IMG/VR virus record: IMGVR_UViG_3300008261_000027
Span: 1-64,000 of that record
DNA: 64,000 bases
Reading direction: 5' to 3' (one strand)
Origin: a virus
Part shown: positions 9,612-22,900 of the stretch, piece by piece
Position numbering within the stretch: position 1 is the first letter of the stretch
Layout: the number at the start of each line of letters is the position of its first letter
Position numbers and translations under genes: made by a program
Notes under the pieces: generated by a model
Databases searched by the model: none
Seen by the model: only the letters and a program-made list of their open reading frames with translations
Told to the model about the DNA's origin: nothing

Positions 9612-11717
9612 TTAGAAATCTAATTTTACGGAGAACACTTGAGCCGCAGTTCTGGTTATTGGTTTAGCCGTTTTAGCAATTACTAATGGTTCTTTGTTAT
9701 CATTTAATAATGCAACCTCAGTAATTTTTTTAGGTAAACCAGAAACATAAGTTGGATTTTGTGTATGTAAGAATTGTGTTGATGGTAGATTAACCATGAA
9801 GTTTAATACCTCAACGTCTGTTGCTCTGGTTAACTTAACCGCTCCGGGGAATGGTTGTGTGTCTCCAAATTGTGGTAATGTTGTCTGAGTATCTGATGGT
9901 TGATTTCCTAAGAATTCTTCAATATCATAATAATCAGCAGAATCTACCATGTCTCCAGTTACAACAAATTGATATCCACACATTTTATTACCTGGTATTA
10001 AATTACCAACTGTATGTCCAGATATTTGTGATGTTAAATCAACCATTCTCCAATCATCTGTTGTTGGTTGATTTCCTGTGGGTATTACTTGAACTAAGGC
10101 AAAAAACTTATTTGCTGTAAATCCTGTGAAATATGATGATGAGCTTAAATAAGCGAAATCATTAGTATCAAATTTAAAACCAATATTTGAATCTGTTGAT
10201 CCAGTTATTTTCCCATAATAATTACAGTGCATACCGTTTCTACCAGTATCTCCGGTGTATTGGAACATATAGGTCACCCACGCCGTTTCTCCGGTTTGAA
10301 CAACCGGTGTTAAATCATAAAATGTTGGTAGATCAACTGGAACTGTACTAAACCTAGGTGCTGGAAGTGTCCATTTTCTATTTGATTTATAATCAAGTAT
10401 TGCAACCAATTCTTGGTCATCAAAAACAATTATTTTTTTATCAACGAAAACTTTACCAACTCTATTACCTTGTTCATCCAACAAAAATCTAAACTTAACA
10501 TTATTAGTGTTTGGTTTATTGTTTTTTGATGATGAAACATAATAATTTGTTGTATCCATTACAAATTTTGCACCGATAGTACTTCCAGTATTTCTGTGAT
10601 AAAAAACAAACGGAATATAGACCTCAAAATAATCTGTATCTGAAACATCTACACCATCAATTTCGTACTCATCTGTTGTACTTGATCCGATATAATCATC
10701 ATACTTAAAAAATCTTTCAGGATCATTAACAATATCACCTAATTCTGAATAATGAATAACTGCAATACATCTTTGATCTTCTGGTTTGATATTAATCTTT
10801 TCACCAAATGAATTTGTGTAAGATGTTGGATTTGAAATTGTCCCTCCAGTTAAATTTGTAAATGTTTGGCCAGATGTTGATGTGTACCCAAGATACTCTT
10901 TTAGTGATGCAAATTGGGTTCCGGTATATCCACTAATATTTTCATCAAGTAAATCTTGAAAAGCATTTGAATCTAATCCCGCTGGTTTTTGAGTCCAGAT
11001 TAATTCTAATGACCATGGATCGTGTTGGTCTAAATTATCAACCGGTACAGGTGAACAAACTGTTGATTCTGTTGGTGTTTCTGGATATTCTAAACTACAC
11101 TTATTACATATAACTTGTGCATATCCAGTTTCTCCAGTTAAATTAGGCATAGGTCTATCTAGTTCAATTTCATTTGCAGAAATATCTACTATCTTATAAA
11201 CTAAACTTTGTGTTTCACCAGTTAATGTATAATCCTGTCCGCATAATCTTGTTTTAAATAATATCGTAATATATTCACAACCAGTGTATCCGGTTGCACC
11301 AGTAACTGATAATAAATTTGTACCATCGATTTGAGTAATATCAATTTCTTTAACTAAGCACTCAACAGTTGTACCGCTACATTCTTCAGCATCATATGGT
11401 TTATAATTTGATACAAACCCTGCTGGGCCCATCGGGTTTTTAATTGTTTCTGTTAAAGATTGTTGAATAGCATTACCAAAATTAATTGTTTCACCAGAGC
11501 TAACTAGATATGGATATTTGATATGTTGATCGCCGTCCATAGGTGCTAACACTCTTTGGTGCGTTGTACCAGTATATCCACTAAACGTATAATCAAATTC
11601 AGAATCGCCAACCTGAAAATATTTTATAACAAAATTACCTTCAGCAATAGACTTTCTACCCTTTCTGGTTATTCTGGCTGACAAATATTCTGAATTATTA
11701 CTATCTAAAAAGCTCAT
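9612..11717 (-). CDS. Baseplate/tail-fibre attachment protein
   Basis: N-terminal ITRKGR...FQVGD and C-terminal ITEVALLND...IAKTAKPI resemble a tail-collar fibre fold split by a large insertion. Confidence 0.6.
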   Translation of the reverse strand: MSFLDSNNSEYLSARITRKGRKSIAEGNFVIKYFQVGDSEFDYTFSGYTGTTHQRVLAPMDGDQHIKYPYLVSSGETINFGNAIQQSLTETIKNPMGPAGFVSNYKPYDAEECSGTTVECLVKEIDITQIDGTNLLSVTGATGYTGCEYITILFKTRLCGQDYTLTGETQSLVYKIVDISANEIELDRPMPNLTGETGYAQVICNKCSLEYPETPTESTVCSPVPVDNLDQHDPWSLELIWTQKPAGLDSNAFQDLLDENISGYTGTQFASLKEYLGYTSTSGQTFTNLTGGTISNPTSYTNSFGEKINIKPEDQRCIAVIHYSELGDIVNDPERFFKYDDYIGSSTTDEYEIDGVDVSDTDYFEVYIPFVFYHRNTGSTIGAKFVMDTTNYYVSSSKNNKPNTNNVKFRFLLDEQGNRVGKVFVDKKIIVFDDQELVAILDYKSNRKWTLPAPRFSTVPVDLPTFYDLTPVVQTGETAWVTYMFQYTGDTGRNGMHCNYYGKITGSTDSNIGFKFDTNDFAYLSSSSYFTGFTANKFFALVQVIPTGNQPTTDDWRMVDLTSQISGHTVGNLIPGNKMCGYQFVVTGDMVDSADYYDIEEFLGNQPSDTQTTLPQFGDTQPFPGAVKLTRATDVEVLNFMVNLPSTQFLHTQNPTYVSGLPKKITEVALLNDNKEPLVIAKTAKPITRTAAQVFSVKLDF

Positions 11718-11737
11718 ATTTTATTTTATATTTTTAT

Positions 11738-12820
11738 TTAAAATGGATTTTCGCCGCCGCTACACGACACATTTCCAACATTAGTTACCATACCCATTGA
11801 ATCGATTTCGACAAAATAATATGTTCCAAGAGTATATGTGTTTTCATATTGGGTTGTGCTAATTGCATAAACATAACCTGATCCCGCACCAACAATCGGA
11901 TCACCGTTGGAATCATATATAGTATAATTAAGCATTCCTGAAATTGTAGATGACGTTGATTTAACTACCGCTGACATAACATATCCAGGGCTCGAACAAT
12001 ATGTTGTTTGAGTTTGCTCTGGTGTTGCAGTTGGTGCTGGGCTACAGCCTATTGTTACACTCCAAGCATCTGATGGATTTGGTGGTGTTCCATCAGGATT
12101 TGCTGGGCCAACATCAACACGTAATTCATATGTTGTTCCAGATGAATATGTAAAGTTAAATGATCCATTACCATCAGTATCAACCAAACTACCTGCGCTA
12201 CCCCAAGGGCCGGCATATGTATTATCAGATCCAACCCAACCACTGTTCGCAATTAATGAGCTATCACCATATATGTTAAATCTATTTGGTCTATCATTTG
12301 CCACAAATGTGATTGTAACTATATCGCCATTTGTTGCATCACTCAAATCGAGATATTTTGTTTGTGTTACAAATGTACTTGGTGCGTATGTATCAGACAC
12401 AGTATCACCACAACCATACATTACAACTGTTGCTGTAGGTGTTGGTGTTGGTGTACTAGTAGGTGTGCTTGTTGGTGTACTTGTTGGTGTTGCGGTTGGA
12501 CCTACGGGCGTTGCTGTAGGCGTTGGTGTTGGTGTATTAGTAGGTGTTGCGGTTGGAGTTGCTGTAGCTCCAGCAACAAAATTAATATTAATACATTGTG
12601 TTGTCCCCGAACATTGCCCATTATCAACCTTAACATATAAAGAGGTTACCAAATCGTTAGTTATTGATATTGTTTTTGGAAACCCAGAAACAGCTTGTCC
12701 TGTTGCCAAACTTGTACAACCACTTCCACAAGAAGCACCTGTACAACCAGATATTGAAACAGTACTACCTGTTATATCTTCACCAACTGTACCTAAATTT
12801 ACTAGCGCGTTAAATGCCAT
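11738..12820 (-). CDS. Putative fibre/adhesin with PT linkers
   Basis: Cys-containing N-terminal domain, TPTPT linkers, beta-rich modules. Confidence 0.6.
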   Translation of the reverse strand: MAFNALVNLGTVGEDITGSTVSISGCTGASCGSGCTSLATGQAVSGFPKTISITNDLVTSLYVKVDNGQCSGTTQCININFVAGATATPTATPTNTPTPTPTATPVGPTATPTSTPTSTPTSTPTPTPTATVVMYGCGDTVSDTYAPSTFVTQTKYLDLSDATNGDIVTITFVANDRPNRFNIYGDSSLIANSGWVGSDNTYAGPWGSAGSLVDTDGNGSFNFTYSSGTTYELRVDVGPANPDGTPPNPSDAWSVTIGCSPAPTATPEQTQTTYCSSPGYVMSAVVKSTSSTISGMLNYTIYDSNGDPIVGAGSGYVYAISTTQYENTYTLGTYYFVEIDSMGMVTNVGNVSCSGGENPF

Positions 12821-12847
12821 ATTTTATAAATATTAATTCTTTTATTT

Positions 12848-13261
12848 TTATATTGTTGCTGTTGCTGTTCCACTGTTAAAATCACAATATATTATTTCAG
12901 TTGGTGTTGGTGTTGGGGTTATTGATGCTGTTGCAGATCCGCCACTAAAATCACAAATCGGCATACACGGATCGTAATAACTTTCACTATGAATTTTAAC
13001 ATTTTCAATAATATACCCATCCGTAACAGTATCTTGTATTTTTATCCAAACTGTGTCAAAAAATATATCATCAAATGTGGCCCCAGTTAAAATAACTGGG
13101 TTTGTATAATAATTCCTAGATGCACTAGAAGGATATGTACCACCATATTGTGTGTAACCAGTAGCAATAACTGTTTCATTACCTGGTGTAGGTGCAATCC
13201 TATATGAAAGTTCAAAAGGATTTGGACAATTTATATCATATACTCTAATGTGTAAACCCAT
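12848..13261 (-). CDS. Small virion-associated protein with two CDF motifs
   Basis: C-terminus [35 protein letters not shown]. Confidence 0.55.
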   Translation of the reverse strand: MGLHIRVYDINCPNPFELSYRIAPTPGNETVIATGYTQYGGTYPSSASRNYYTNPVILTGATFDDIFFDTVWIKIQDTVTDGYIIENVKIHSESYYDPCMPICDFSGGSATASITPTPTPTEIIYCDFNSGTATATI

Positions 13262-13295
13262 ACCTATATAAATACCGATAATAAAAATTTAAATA

Positions 13296-13322
13296 AAAAA
13301 CCCCTTTTAATAAAGGGGTTTT
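13296..13322. terminator. Bidirectional intrinsic terminator
   Basis: AAAAACCCCTTTTAATAAAGGGGTTTT. Confidence 0.7.
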
Positions 13323-13346
13323 AATTAAAAATATTATTTAAAAATT

Positions 13347-13931
13347 TTATACGCTTGCGCCCGAATCTAAAACAAACGCGACATAATCGTTTCCACTGGT
13401 AATTCCAATCGTATGATCATATGTTGCGTTACCTCCAGTAGCTGATCCTGGACATGTTGATGACCCAACCCCGACCATCGCATAAGTTTGGTCTGTTCCA
13501 ATTGTAACAATATCACCTAATGTTAATCCAGTAATTGTACCAATTAAAGAACAACTATTTGTCAATGGATCAAGCGTTGTTAAATATTCTGTTGTTCCAC
13601 TGTTTACTTGATAATAAACTGAAGCATTTGCTGGTGTACCATCAAGATCTTTACCATATACTTGTAGATCTACCAGAGATCCACCTCCACCTCCACCAAT
13701 TCCAGTTAACCATTCTTGACTTGTGCTACATGTTCCAGTGCTTTGTATTGTACCACCACTTAATGTTTCATATGTGGTGTTTATTGTATAACCACTTATT
13801 AATTGATTTTTCGTTACCCCTGTTGCTAATTGATAGGTGGTTCCACCAGTAGTTGTTCCTGAAATATTAAATGGACCGGCCACATATGTTGCACCAGTAT
13901 AAGGCGATTGTAATGTGAATGTAATTGTCAT
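13347..13931 (-). CDS. Putative fibre/adhesin subunit
   Basis: N-terminal domain shared with neighbours (GPFNI, ATGVT..QL, STGTC), Gly linker, beta-rich C-terminal domain. Confidence 0.55.
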   Translation of the reverse strand: MTITFTLQSPYTGATYVAGPFNISGTTTGGTTYQLATGVTKNQLISGYTINTTYETLSGGTIQSTGTCSTSQEWLTGIGGGGGGSLVDLQVYGKDLDGTPANASVYYQVNSGTTEYLTTLDPLTNSCSLIGTITGLTLGDIVTIGTDQTYAMVGVGSSTCPGSATGGNATYDHTIGITSGNDYVAFVLDSGASV

Positions 13932-13979
13932 TGTTTTCTTTTTTTATTATAAATATCCGTTTATTGTAAATAAATTATT

Positions 13980-16900
13980 TTAAGCATTACATAATTGTGA
14001 ACATGAACTAAATGATCCATAAATCTCTGTCAATTCATAAACGTAGCTAGGACCAGAAGCATTACTTACTAGTTTATATGCATAACCATCAGGGCCTGCG
14101 GATGATGGATAGAACTCATTCAATGCTACTATTGCCCCCGCTGCGATTCTAGCAACACCTGTTCCGGATAAACTACAACCGCTACAGTTATAAACCTCAA
14201 CATTATAGTAATCATATGCTGGAGCACATGAATCTAGTGTCACCATACTACTTGTAACCACACAACCATTTGCATCAGTAACTTTAACACGATATGCAAA
14301 AGAAGCGGTCAATCCGGTTACATTTCTAGTTGCATCACCACTATTGACGCCAGTAAATGTTGCAATTAAAGATGTGTTAATAGGATCATTATATGGTGAT
14401 GTATTATCCTCATAAACTTGATATGTTTTAGGGAAAATTCCGCCGCTAGAAGATACTTGAATAACACCACTACTATCACAATCTGGTTGTGTAACAACGG
14501 ATATCGATGCTGTTCCTTGTGTTGGTTGTGACAATTGGGCTGGGGTCAAATCATTTGTTGCGTTAGCACCATCTTTTACCCTAAATGTGTATGTTGTATT
14601 AGCAACTAAATTACTGAATGTTTTAGGTAAATTATAATATGGGAAATAACCATCTTCGCTAAATGCAACTTGATAACCACTACCACTTCCACCACTAGGA
14701 TTTGAGATTGTGTAGCTACCATCAGATCCACCATTACAACTAATGTTTGAATACGCTATTTGCGCTGTTGGTGCTGTAGGAATTGTAATTGTTACATTTG
14801 AAACAATTCTTTCACAATCTGAATTATCTCTAACATAAACACTATATGTCCCCGATCCTAATCCTGTGTATTGTTTACTACTTGAACTAAACGTTTCATA
14901 TGTACCAGAATTTAGCTTCACATCATAATCTGCAAATCCAGATCCAGTTCCACCCTGTGGACTACTAACTGTAATTGTTCCTGTTCCGGTATATGTGGAT
15001 GGGTTTGTTGATGAAACTGATGCTGTTACTATTGAATTTTGTGTTACAGCTACGCTGTATGTTTGTGTACATGTTGCACCATCTTTAATACCTATTGTAT
15101 AGGTACCGGAACTTAATCCAGTGAATGTTTTTGGTAAATTAAAATATGCCCCGCCACTTATATTTGCTTGATACCCACTTCCGCTTCCGCCAGTACCGTT
15201 TGTTACTGCAATTTGGCCAGTAGAATCGTTAAAACAGGTTACATTTGTTACTGTTGTTGTTGCATTAGGTGCAGATTTTGATAATACTTGTGTTGTTGCC
15301 GTAACGCAATCATTTTGATCTTTTACATATAAAATATATGTTCCGTTACTTAAACTACTAAATGTTCCGCTTGATTGGAAGTTTATACCATTTATTGAAT
15401 ATGTTTTTGTTCCAGTACCGCCAGAACCAGAAACGGTGATACTTCCGTTACTACCATCCCAACAAGTTGGTGCTGTTGCATCTGTCACACTAATTGAAAG
15501 TGCTGTTGGTTGTGTAACAGTAACAGAATATGATTTAACACAATTGCTATTATCTTTAACATAAATGGTATAAGTTCCGGCGGACAAAGAAGTGAAAGTA
15601 TGTGATGAAACGAATCCAGTATAATTTGTCCCGTCTTTTGAAACTCGATAAGGTGAATTTCCTCCAGTAAAACTTGTTACAGCTATCGATCCAGTACTAT
15701 CACCATTACATGCAATATTTGTTGGTGTAAATGTGGCGTTTGGAGCTGTTCTATTTAGTGTAACTGAAGTTGTTACAACACAATTGTTTGCATCTTTTGC
15801 ATAAACTGTGTAAGTACCATTACTTAAACTACTAAACGTACCAGAAGATTGGTAATTCGTGCCATTTATTGAATATGTTTTTGTTCCTGTCCCGCTAGAC
15901 GCCGATACGCTTATAGAACCATCACTACCATCCCAACAAGTTGGGTTTGTCCCTGATGCTGAAATACTAATCTGTGTTGGTTCTGTTATTGTTACCGAAT
16001 ATGTGTTTTCGCAGTTTGCACTATCTTTAACATAAATGGTATATGTTCCAGCAGCTAATGAAGAATATGTTCTAGATGTTGTTATTACTTGATAAGTTCC
16101 ACCCGCATTTAATTTTGTTGAATATGGGCCACCTTGTCCGCCACTTAATGACGATACCGTTATTTCACCACCTGATGCACCATAACAAGTGTTGTTTACT
16201 TGAGATACCGTTGCTGTGACCTGAGTCCTACTCAATGTAACTGAAGTTGATCCCGTACAATTGTTACTATCTTTAGCATAAATTGTATATGTTCCATTTG
16301 CTAAATTACTAAAAGTTGTGCCGGTCTGATAGTTTGTACCATCTTTAGAATATGTGTACCCACTTCCAGATCCACCAGAAGCAGAAGAAACGGTAATTGA
16401 TCCATCTGTACTGGCATTACAAGTTGGATTAGTGCCGGATGCACTTACTGAAACAACCGATGGTTGTGTAACTGTAACTGAAGTACTACCAACTTCATTA
16501 TAAGAATCTTTTGCATAAATTGTATAAGAACCCGCAGTTAATCCACTAAAAATAGTACTTGATTGATAATTGCTACCGTCTTTAGAATATGTGTAACTTG
16601 CGGTACCTCCACTAGCATTTGATACTGTTATAACACCGTTAGATCCACCATTACATGTTACATTTGTTGTTGCTGACGCTGTTACAGAAATTGTTACATT
16701 TGTAATTGTAATTGTTATGGTTTTATCAAATGTTAACCCACCGGCATCTGTTGCTCTAACCCTAATTGAATAACTAGATTTAGTTTCATAATTAAAAACA
16801 ACAGAACTTTTTAATGTTGTTCCATCAATATAAAAACTTGAGTTATCGGGATATGTTACGGTATCATGTAATGTGAATGTAAAAGTATCACTAGCATCAG

Positions 16901-18038
16901 GATCTGTTGCCGATAGTGTTCCAATAGTTGTTCCTGTTGGTACGTTTTCAGATATAGATGAAGAACTTAAAGAAATATTTGTTGGGGCTTCATTAACATT
17001 TGTTACATTTATTGTAAATGTTCCATCGTATGTTAATCCGCCAGCATCTGTTGTTCTCACTCTTATTGAGTAAGATGTTTTTGACTCGTAATTAAAAACT
17101 ACCGCATTTTTTAACACACCAGCACTAGATAGTGTAAAACTTGCATTATCTGTGTCGCCAGTTCCACTTACTAAAGCATATGTAAAAGTATCCCCAGCAT
17201 CAACGTCTAATGCACTAAATGTACCAATTGTTGTTCCGGTTGCTGTATTCTCTTGTTGTGAACTATTATTAATAGTTAAACCATAAGGTGCTTCATTAAC
17301 ATTAAGAATGTTAATTGTAAATGCCTTATCAAAATATTGACCAACGCTATCTGTAACTCTTATTGTAACACTATGTGATGTTGCGGATTCATAATTAAAA
17401 CTTTGTGATGATCTTAATGACGTACCAGAAATATTAAAGTTTGTTCCACCACTTATAACTGTATATGTGTGTGTGTCACTATTATCTAATGTTGTGACAG
17501 ATAGTGTACCAATAGTAGTGTTAATAGCACTATTTTCATTAATTGTGTTATTACTTAATGAAATATCTGTTGGCGGGAAATTAACATTAACGTTAACATC
17601 AAATTCACAATTAAGTGTTGGCGTTGGTGTTGGTGTTGGAGACGGACTCGGGGTTGGTGTTGCGGTAATTACGTTTGTATTAACATCAAAATCGCAATTC
17701 GGTGTTGGTGTAGGTGTTGGTGTCGGAGTTGAGGTTGGGGTTGGACTCGGAGTTGGCGTTGGACTTGGAGTCGGTGTTGGGGTTGGTGTTGGTAATATTA
17801 ATTCATCTCCAGCCAAACAGTTTTGATCTGTATTGTATAATACTATTTTTATTGCTTCATCTGGCACAGAAACTAGCACACCATCAATATCTGTTAAATC
17901 AGAATATGTGATCCCTGTTGCTGGTTGAGATGTTGATACAACGGTAGCAATATTTGAAGGATTAACAACATCATAGTAGATGTTGTATGGTCCTGGTGCT
18001 GTTCCTGATACTATATTAACCGTGTATTGTTTCGCCAT
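13980..18038 (-). CDS. Large adhesin/fibre with cadherin-like domains and SprB-like repeats
   Basis: Three cadherin-like units (ISEN...[30 protein letters not shown]) and many C.G..DG.I...SGG...Y.YS...L..GTY.IY.KD.N.C repeats. Confidence 0.8.
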   Translation of the reverse strand: MAKQYTVNIVSGTAPGPYNIYYDVVNPSNIATVVSTSQPATGITYSDLTDIDGVLVSVPDEAIKIVLYNTDQNCLAGDELILPTPTPTPTPSPTPTPSPTPTSTPTPTPTPTPNCDFDVNTNVITATPTPSPSPTPTPTPTLNCEFDVNVNVNFPPTDISLSNNTINENSAINTTIGTLSVTTLDNSDTHTYTVISGGTNFNISGTSLRSSQSFNYESATSHSVTIRVTDSVGQYFDKAFTINILNVNEAPYGLTINNSSQQENTATGTTIGTFSALDVDAGDTFTYALVSGTGDTDNASFTLSSAGVLKNAVVFNYESKTSYSIRVRTTDAGGLTYDGTFTINVTNVNEAPTNISLSSSSISENVPTGTTIGTLSATDPDASDTFTFTLHDTVTYPDNSSFYIDGTTLKSSVVFNYETKSSYSIRVRATDAGGLTFDKTITITITNVTISVTASATTNVTCNGGSNGVITVSNASGGTASYTYSKDGSNYQSSTIFSGLTAGSYTIYAKDSYNEVGSTSVTVTQPSVVSVSASGTNPTCNASTDGSITVSSASGGSGSGYTYSKDGTNYQTGTTFSNLANGTYTIYAKDSNNCTGSTSVTLSRTQVTATVSQVNNTCYGASGGEITVSSLSGGQGGPYSTKLNAGGTYQVITTSRTYSSLAAGTYTIYVKDSANCENTYSVTITEPTQISISASGTNPTCWDGSDGSISVSASSGTGTKTYSINGTNYQSSGTFSSLSNGTYTVYAKDANNCVVTTSVTLNRTAPNATFTPTNIACNGDSTGSIAVTSFTGGNSPYRVSKDGTNYTGFVSSHTFTSLSAGTYTIYVKDNSNCVKSYSVTVTQPTALSISVTDATAPTCWDGSNGSITVSGSGGTGTKTYSINGINFQSSGTFSSLSNGTYILYVKDQNDCVTATTQVLSKSAPNATTTVTNVTCFNDSTGQIAVTNGTGGSGSGYQANISGGAYFNLPKTFTGLSSGTYTIGIKDGATCTQTYSVAVTQNSIVTASVSSTNPSTYTGTGTITVSSPQGGTGSGFADYDVKLNSGTYETFSSSSKQYTGLGSGTYSVYVRDNSDCERIVSNVTITIPTAPTAQIAYSNISCNGGSDGSYTISNPSGGSGSGYQVAFSEDGYFPYYNLPKTFSNLVANTTYTFRVKDGANATNDLTPAQLSQPTQGTASISVVTQPDCDSSGVIQVSSSGGIFPKTYQVYEDNTSPYNDPINTSLIATFTGVNSGDATRNVTGLTASFAYRVKVTDANGCVVTSSMVTLDSCAPAYDYYNVEVYNCSGCSLSGTGVARIAAGAIVALNEFYPSSAGPDGYAYKLVSNASGPSYVYELTEIYGSFSSCSQLCNA

Positions 18039-18061
18039 TACTTTATATAATTATTTACTCA

Positions 18062-19951
18062 TTAACTTCCACTACATAGGTTTAAGCTATAACCTAACGT
18101 ATTTAATCCAGTTATTATTTGATCCGCATAATATTGTGGTGTTGATCCTTGTGTTACATTTTCAATATATGTAATTTCATTTTTGTCTGATAAACCATTT
18201 GTTCCAGAATATGATCCTGTACCATTCTTAACAGCAGCTAAGAATTGTCTAAATCCATCGTATGAATTTGGACCAGTGTTTACTCTAAATACGATACCTC
18301 TATAATAACTATTATTAGGTGCACTGCCAAGATTTGTTCTTAAAGAAGCTAAATCCAAATCATATTGTGCGGTTCTTACTCCGGTATTAAATGAGCTACC
18401 ATCAGCACTATACGGTGATGCTTCATCTTGGAATACTAGATTAATAACTTTTGTTGTACTTGGTGTAGATCCACTAGTATTCAACATAAATAAAGTTCTT
18501 TCAAATCCACCTGATTTAGCACTGAAATTACTTACAGTAACATTTTGATCATATAGATCATAGTCATTGTTATAGAACTGAACTAAACAATCTCTTAATA
18601 TTGTGTTTCTCATAGTTTGTAGTGGTGTTAATGTCGCATTCATTGATCCACTATCATCAAACCATATGTTTATTTCTGTATTCTCATCCACCACTAATGG
18701 TTGACCAATTGCCCCCTCAAATACACAATCTGTTGTTGGTGTTGGAGTAGGGGTAGGTGTTTCAGTAGGTGTTGGACTTGGTGTCGGACTTGGGGTCGGA
18801 CTTGGAGTCGGTGTTGGTGTAGCCGTTGGGGTTGGAGTGGCTGTGATAATATTTGCATCAACACCAAATTCACAATTTTCTGTTGGTGTTGGAGTAGGGG
18901 TAGGTGTTTCAGTAGGTGTTGGTGTCGGTGTCGGAGTTGCTGTAATAACAATTGTATTTACGTCAAACTCACAATTTTCAGTTGGAGTAGGAGTAGGTGT
19001 TGGGGTTTCAGTAGGTGTTGGGGTTGCTGTTACCACGGTTGTATTCACATCAAACTCACAATTTTCAGTTGGAGTTGGCGTTGGTGTTGGTGTCGATGTA
19101 GGTGTTGGCGTGGCTGTTATTACATTTAAGTTAACATCAAACTCACAGTTTTCAGTTGGAGTAGGTGTTGGCGTTGGGGTAGAGGTCGGTGTCGGTGTTG
19201 GAGTTGGGGTAGCAGTTACAACATTTAAGTTTACATCAAACTCACAATTTTCAGTTGGGGTAGGGGTTGGTGTTGGAGTCGATGTAGGGGTTGGGGTTGC
19301 TGTTACCACGTTTAAGTTTACATCGAATTCACAATTTTCAGTTGGTGTGGGTGTTGGAGTTGGTGTGGCCGTCACAACATTTAAATTGATATCAAACTCA
19401 CAATTTTCAGTTGGAGTTGGAGTTGGTGTAGGAGTCGCAGTGACAACATTTAAATCTACATCGAACTCACAATTAGGTGTTGGTGTTGGTGTGGGGGTAG
19501 GTGTTGCGGTAATCACATTTAAATCCACATCAAACTCACAGTTTTCAGTTGGGGTAGGAGTTGGTGTTGGTGTGGCTGTAACAACATTTAAATCCACATC
19601 AAATGCACAATCAGGTGTTGGAGTTGGGGTTGGAGTCGGAGTTGCTGTAATTACATTTGTATTAACATCAAACGCACAATCAGGCGTTGGAGTTGGGGTT
19701 GGAGTTGGGAATACAAATGTTATATCTGACTTACATTCTTCTAATGTATTATATAAAATAATACTTGTTGATTCAGTTGGTATTGAAACTAAAACACCGT
19801 TTCCAGTTGTTAATTGACTATATGTTAAGCCCGTCGCGTTACTTCCATTACTAACCAAGGTTGCATATGTTGAACCCGTTGCGTTGTAGTAAACGTTGTA
19901 TGGTCCAACCGATGTTCCTGATGTAATTTTTATATTAAAGTATCTTGACAT
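18062..19951 (-). CDS. Repeat-rich scaffold-like fibre protein with C-terminal vWA-like domain
   Basis: 12 C-x-F repeats on PT linkers; IWFDDSGSM (DxSxS MIDAS) and LVFQDE. Confidence 0.7.
   Translation of the reverse strand: MSRYFNIKITSGTSVGPYNVYYNATGSTYATLVSNGSNATGLTYSQLTTGNGVLVSIPTESTSIILYNTLEECKSDITFVFPTPTPTPTPDCAFDVNTNVITATPTPTPTPTPDCAFDVDLNVVTATPTPTPTPTENCEFDVDLNVITATPTPTPTPTPNCEFDVDLNVVTATPTPTPTPTENCEFDINLNVVTATPTPTPTPTENCEFDVNLNVVTATPTPTSTPTPTPTPTENCEFDVNLNVVTATPTPTPTPTSTPTPTPTPTENCEFDVNLNVITATPTPTSTPTPTPTPTENCEFDVNTTVVTATPTPTETPTPTPTPTENCEFDVNTIVITATPTPTPTPTETPTPTPTPTENCEFGVDANIITATPTPTATPTPTPSPTPSPTPSPTPTETPTPTPTPTTDCVFEGAIGQPLVVDENTEINIWFDDSGSMNATLTPLQTMRNTILRDCLVQFYNNDYDLYDQNVTVSNFSAKSGGFERTLFMLNTSGSTPSTTKVINLVFQDEASPYSADGSSFNTGVRTAQYDLDLASLRTNLGSAPNNSYYRGIVFRVNTGPNSYDGFRQFLAAVKNGTGSYSGTNGLSDKNEITYIENVTQGSTPQYYADQIITGLNTLGYSLNLCSGS
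18700..19710 (-). repeat. Coding tandem repeat [TA(TP)[13 protein letters not shown]] x12
   Basis: Visible at DNA and protein level; synonymous divergence between copies; variable PT length. Confidence 0.9.
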
Positions 19952-19971
19952 TTTTTATATATAATTATTTT

Positions 19972-22900
19972 TTAACACGCATATGAGTCTGTCACATTAC
20001 CATTATTATCTATTTTTAATTCCGTTCCGGCATTTGATGCATGATTGCTACCATAATATTTATTTTGTCCATAATATCGCACTGACATAGTGGCTTCAGA
20101 ATAGAATCTAGTTACTAATGTCCAATCTGAGTTGTTGCCATATGCTGTATATGGATATGGTCCAGACAATTCTGTACAACCTTCTGTCGATGGGTTGGTT
20201 TGTCCAGTGCTAATATTATAAATTGTAACAGGACACGAAATCGCATTAAATGTAAATGATGTTAATGGCGTGAATTCAGTTACTATACCATTAACAACCT
20301 TAATTATATTAGACACATTTCGGTCTATATTTCCTGGAAAATCTGTTTGTACCGCCGTAAAATTACATGAGCTACAGAAATTGTATGTAATATTTCCACT
20401 ATATATTTCTGTTCCAACACCTAATGTTTGAGATGATGGATATGCATATTGTGACCCACCATAACTTGAATTAGGACTTATCAGTACATGATTTATATAA
20501 TCTGCAACTTCTTGTGGTGTGTTATTCAACCAATAGATATTATTTTCACATATCCTTCCATTAGTGTAGAACCAAGTTGTATTAAATGATTGAGTTGGTG
20601 TAGGCGTTGGTGTACTACTAATAATAGATGTCGCAGTTGGAGTTGGTGTTGGTCCAGTCGTAGCAGTTGGTGTTGGTGTTGGTGTAGCAGTAATAAACAC
20701 TTCTGTAAATGTTGCATCAAATGAACAATCAACAGTTGGTGTTGGCGTAGGTGTAGCAGTAGGTGTTGAACTAGGCGTTGGGCTAGGTGTTGCAGTTGGA
20801 GTCGCTGTTGGAGTTGGCGTAGGTGTACTAGTTGGTGTTGCGGTTGGAGTTGGAGTTGATGTTGGTACCGGTGTAGGTGTTGGCGTAACATATCCATACA
20901 CTATATCGCATGTTGCAATAGGTGGATCAGTACATACATCAAAACCATCAATATCTCTAGTTAAACCACTGATTGGTATTGGTGAACAATATGGTTCATT
21001 AACATAATATTGTTGAAGATAGGCATCCATTGGATTTGTCTCAACATATTCGTGTTGAACTAATAATGTGTGGTTATTATTACCATTGAATACTACTAAG
21101 TTTGTTAAATTAGTATCACCAGTTACATTTATATTGAAATAAAGATTTGGTTCACAATAATTTAAATCTACCGAAACAACTTCGATTAATTCCCCAGTTT
21201 CAGTTATGATAAAATCACCAGTATCATAATAATCTGATGGATAATCACAACATGGTTCTTGTTGTTCTTCTGGTTTTAATTGTAAAAACTCTGGTGATCT
21301 ACTAACAAAAAAGTAAGATTTTTTTCTTGTTATTGGTTGCACACCACTTTCGTCAACAACTTTATTTGTATATACTCTTAATTTTGTTGTTGGTAAAACT
21401 TCAAATACTTCATATACACCATTTGATGTTATACCGGTAATTAAACTAGTTTTCACCGATCCAAGACAATCAATATATGATATAGTACTTGCTGAATAAT
21501 CATATGAGAAAGAATAATCACCACTTAATTCTGAATTTTCAAACATACTGCTCGTGAATCCAGAACATGGTAATAAATTCGCGGTTAATATTGTTTGGCC
21601 GCTAACTAATGCTGAAACATTTGTTTCGATTAAATTTCCCGATGTAATGTAATTGTTTATATCTTGAGATGTTGTATTAGAATTAATTGTAACACCACTT
21701 ACACGATATACCTTTGAATCAGATTTTAATCCAACATCATAACTGTTTCTAAATTGTACATTTGGAGATATTGTGTGTGCAGTTTCTGAAACATAATTAA
21801 TTCCTAAACCTTGTATTTTAAATTTAAGATCACAGTTCGCTGCATCGGTAATTAAAACATCAATCTCATCGTCTTCTTTTACATTTGTAACAATAAATTG
21901 ACAGGTATCTCCAGTCGATTTAAGGAAAAATGTTGTAGGGTCATTAGTAACACCATGATAAACGTTAACCCCTTCATCACAATTTTTATGCATGTAGATT
22001 CCCCAATTAGGAACCCCAGTATAATTGTTTTGAACAGTTACGCCAGTTAAATTAATAACAACATCACTAACTAATTTACAATCAGTTTGCCCGGTGTAAA
22101 CATCACACACAGCGAATATTTCCGCATCCATGTAGCATTTTGGGTCTTGTGTTACACCATAATTTGCTGAAAAATAAAAATCTAAAGATCTATCACCTCT
22201 ACAATCGCCATTATTATTTAAAATAAATTTAATTTTTTTAACTTGGTTGGTATCTTCAAATATTTCATAACTTAATAGCTGGCTATCTCTAGATAACGTG
22301 GCGCCTGTGGGCACATAACTAGGAACGTTTGTTGCGCTATACTGTGTATATGTGTCATTTATATTAGCAACGAGGTTAGCAATTGCTTGATCCCAATTTG
22401 CTTTTATTGTTGTTAAGTTTAAACTTATCCAATTTTTATATTCACAAATTAAAGGAATTGCAGTTGAAGAGTTTGCTAAAATATCACAACTATTTGACGC
22501 GGTAAATCCACTAGGAAAAATTGTTGATCCAGTAATTGAAACTTGTGTTGATCCCGTATATTCAACACCATCTATCTCAATAGATAGTGTGAATGTAACC
22601 CCACTAAAATATGTCAATCCTCTTAACTTATCTGGTTCACCAATAATTGTTTCAAGATCTTCTTCAATAAATGATTCAAAATCCGGATATAAATTTTCAA
22701 CAATTTCTAATGGTTTACATGGTTTTTTGTACGCATATTTTGGTCTACCAAAAACGCTATTTGTAACTAAGTTACCACCCATCCACAATGTTGTTGATGG
22801 AACGATTTGATCTAAAACGCTAGTCCAATATGGACTCATTTTATTAACAAAATCTGATACTGTTACAATATCATATGGAGTGTATCCAGACAATTGTAAT

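Noticed and set aside
18700-19710. Repeat array superficially like CRISPR repeat-spacer units
   Set aside because: In-frame coding repeats with synonymous variation and low-complexity PT spacers; no cas operon.
18837-19817. 326-aa plus-strand ORF of VGVGVG repeats, and similar ORFs at 12273-12836 and 17467-17826
   Set aside because: Antisense shadows of PT-coding repeats, which lack stops on the opposite strand.
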